The position numbers were made by a program, and so were the translations under genes. A DNA stretch of 64,000 bases from positions 126,382,751 through 126,446,750 of the forward strand of contig NC_068984.1 in assembly GCF_001194135.2 (NCBI RefSeq), written 5' to 3'. The notes beneath the pieces are model-generated. The model was given only the letters and a program-made list of their open reading frames with translations, had not been told where the DNA came from and ran no database searches. This DNA is from Octopus bimaculoides (lineage: Eukaryota). The stretch's first letter is position 1. Every line of letters starts with the position of its first letter. Below are positions 61,811 to 64,000 of the stretch, piece after piece.

Positions 61811-62135
61811 GAGCATATGCAGAAGATAAAGACGTTTGTTAATGCAGTGTGGTCACCTAGTAGTTCTGAGTTCAATCCCAGGCAAAGCACTAAGGTAATT
61901 TACAAAAAAAAAAATGACTGAAACAAAAATTGTCATGAGATGCAGAGAGTGCAATGAGAACAGTGTACTCCTATGGCTCAAATAAAGGGTTAGGTTCAAA
62001 ATTCTGATATAACAACTGAGTTCAACACAAGACACCTGAAGAAGGCTGGAGCATACAACAGCTGAAATGTAGTGAAATCAATAATCAAGATGAGGACACG
62101 AGTCTAACTGTTTATTATATTATAAACAGTATACA
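61811..62135 (+). mobile_element. Putative tRNA-headed SINE carrying the family H hammerhead module
   Basis: B box GAGTTCAATCC at 61868, A-rich linker, then homology to the 7106 unit (AATGAGAAC..GGTTC..CAAGACACC..AAGATGAGGAC). Confidence 0.5.
62031..62074 (+). ncRNA. Minimal type-I hammerhead motif, intact core
   Basis: GACAC-CTGAAGA-A-GGCTG-GAGCATACAA-CAGCT-GAAA-T-GT-A-GTG. Confidence 0.6.
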
Positions 62136-62141
62136 TAATCC

Positions 62142-62355
62142 CAAGCTGTAGAAATGAGTTGCAATGTTACTGGTACCAAGCCGTATTGGCCTTTACCTTT
62201 TCCTTGGATAACATCAGTGGCATGGAGATGGTAAGTTGGTATGCATGAGCGACTGTTGGTTTTCCATAAACAACCTTGCCCAGGTTTGTGTCTCAGAGGG
62301 TAATTTTTTAGGTGCAATCCCATGGTCACTCATGTCCGAATGGGGTCTTTACACT
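62142..62355 (+). mobile_element. SINE family E, 3' part
   Basis: AGCTGTAGAAATGAGTTGC...AGGTGCAATCCCATGGTC. Confidence 0.8.
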
Positions 62356-62589
62356 TTGCCCTCTTAATTCCAGCTGTTGCTGGAACTCATTTACAGCTGA
62401 GTGGACTGGAGCAAAATGAATTTGGTCAAAAATACAATGTCCCGCCTAGTTCAAGGAAAATACAAGTGAGATTAGAAATCTACCACTGAAACAGTAACCC
62501 TCAAATTCCTTCAACAACGAAGCAAAGAAAAAGTAAAAAAGGGATTAAGCAATGAAAGAAAAAGGGACGAGGAAGGAGTAATAGGTTGT

Positions 62590-62990
62590 ATCCCCTAGTC
62601 TGAATGGTATGTTTTGCTGTGTCCCATGAACATAAGAGGAAAGGCATTGCTGTGAACAGTGCCCAGTGATACTTCTGCAACAGCCACCCAACCTTGCAGA
62701 GTTCATTTCTCAGATGAGCTGCTGTTGTCCTGATTTTACAGAATAAATCAGCAATGTAGAATCTGAGAACACCTGAGGTCTGTACAGCTACCAGACTGAA
62801 TAGATAGCAGCTGATCAAACTCTGATGTTTAGTTATCTTTCTCTCTTCTACATTATGGGCAGCGATACCTGGGTTTGTGACCAATTGGCTAGGCTGGAGG
62901 TGGAGAATGTGTCACATTGCATCACCAGTTAAGGATTTACCGACTTAATCTGGAACACATTGAAGAATCAAAAACATGATGTTAAAATTA
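62590..62990 (-). pseudogene. CRE/NeSL-type non-LTR retrotransposon endonuclease (RLE) C-terminal remnant
   Basis: GKSL..DA.CDTFS..NPGIAAHNVEERKITKHQSLISCYLFSLVAVQTSGV...GWLLQK resembles GKSLVWDATC.DT...AE.RK..KY....Y.F.PVAVETSGV. Confidence 0.65.
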
Positions 62991-63479
62991 TGAGTGCACC
63001 TCTCTAACCACAAGGCTACATGCTTATTGCAAAAGGGATAATTAAAGATTTGTCACAAATCTGTAACCAAAAGGCTACAGATTTGTGACAAAGAGTTGTT
63101 AACAAATTAAACAAACTAATCAATAATTGATTAATACATTAATTAATGCTATCAATAAAGAGATGAACCACAATCATATTTTTGTAAAAGTCCTTTAACA
63201 TTTGTTTGGAAAAATAAAGTTGTTAAATCTATCATAGTCATTGTTTCTAGGCTTGCACAGTCTCATTTTCAGGATGTAAATTTATCACAGGTGTGTGTGT
63301 CTGTCTTGTTGTGAAGATAGGTAAATTTTTTTGACATTTAGTTGTTTTGACCACTTTTGAAATTCAATCATTGTGTTTATATCATTAGTCACATCCCCTT
63401 TGTTTGTGATGTTTGCATGTATTGACTGTGTTCTCTGTGTTTGTATTTTAGCATTGTGTTCTGTTATCAGTCTGTATCA

Positions 63480-63516
<37 letters not shown>

Positions 63517-63735
63517 TGTATATGTAATGTATATATGTATGTGCGTGTGTAATGTATGTATGTATAAAACCAATCAGTTAACAGATGACACTAGATGTCA
63601 CTGAGGATAACTATCACCTATCACATAACATAAAAGACAAAGATGGGTGGCAGATCAATGTCATGCACATCCAAATAAACTCAACCACATGATGACAATC
63701 TCTCTCTCTCACACACACATACATACACACATACA

Positions 63736-63771
<36 letters not shown>

Positions 63772-63777
63772 TATATG

Positions 63778-64000
63778 TATTTACTCTTTTACTCTTTTAC
63801 TTGTTTCAGTCTTTTGACTGTGGCCATGCTGGAGCACCGCCTTTTAGTCGAGCAAATCGACCCCAGGACTTATTCTTTAGAAGCCTAGTACTTATTCTAT
63901 CGATCTCTTTTGCCGAACCGCTAAGTTACGGGAACATAAACACACCAGCATCGGTTGTCAAGCGATGTTGGGGGGGACAAACACACACATACAAACATAC
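63778..64000 (-). mobile_element. SINE family A, 3' module, cut by the window end
   Basis: Near-identical to 11371-11580. Confidence 0.9.

Overview
AT-rich, repeat-dominated eukaryotic (metazoan) DNA with 13 N-gaps. The SINE, RTE and microsatellite landscape looks like a coleoid cephalopod (Octopus-type) genome; this is an inference, not a database result. No intact protein-coding gene, rRNA, functional tRNA or CRISPR array can be supported, and almost all listed ORFs are microsatellite or gap artefacts. Family labels A-E and H are mine. The window contains: (1) dozens of copies of at least four tRNA-derived SINE families (A, C, D, E) plus 3' ends of an RTE-clade LINE (B); (2) decayed autonomous elements: R4/Dong-like, CRE/NeSL-like, RTE, mariner, Ty3/Gypsy and possibly Helitron; (3) piggyBac-, mariner- and hAT-type MITEs; (4) long mixed microsatellite fields. 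The most notable signal is a set of minimal type-I hammerhead-ribozyme (HHR) motifs (CUGANGA...GAAAC-[palindrome]-GUH) in short non-coding repeats, many next to (TA)n. One HHR with an intact core fills the loop of a 225-bp fold-back element with 78-bp arms (12921-13145). Two more sit in a ~200-bp retrozyme-like tandem unit (7106-7519), and the same module lies behind a tRNA-like SINE head (61811-62135). Several fold-back junctions recur, including a 23-bp perfect hairpin that buries an in-frame TAG in a candidate exon (13622-13921).
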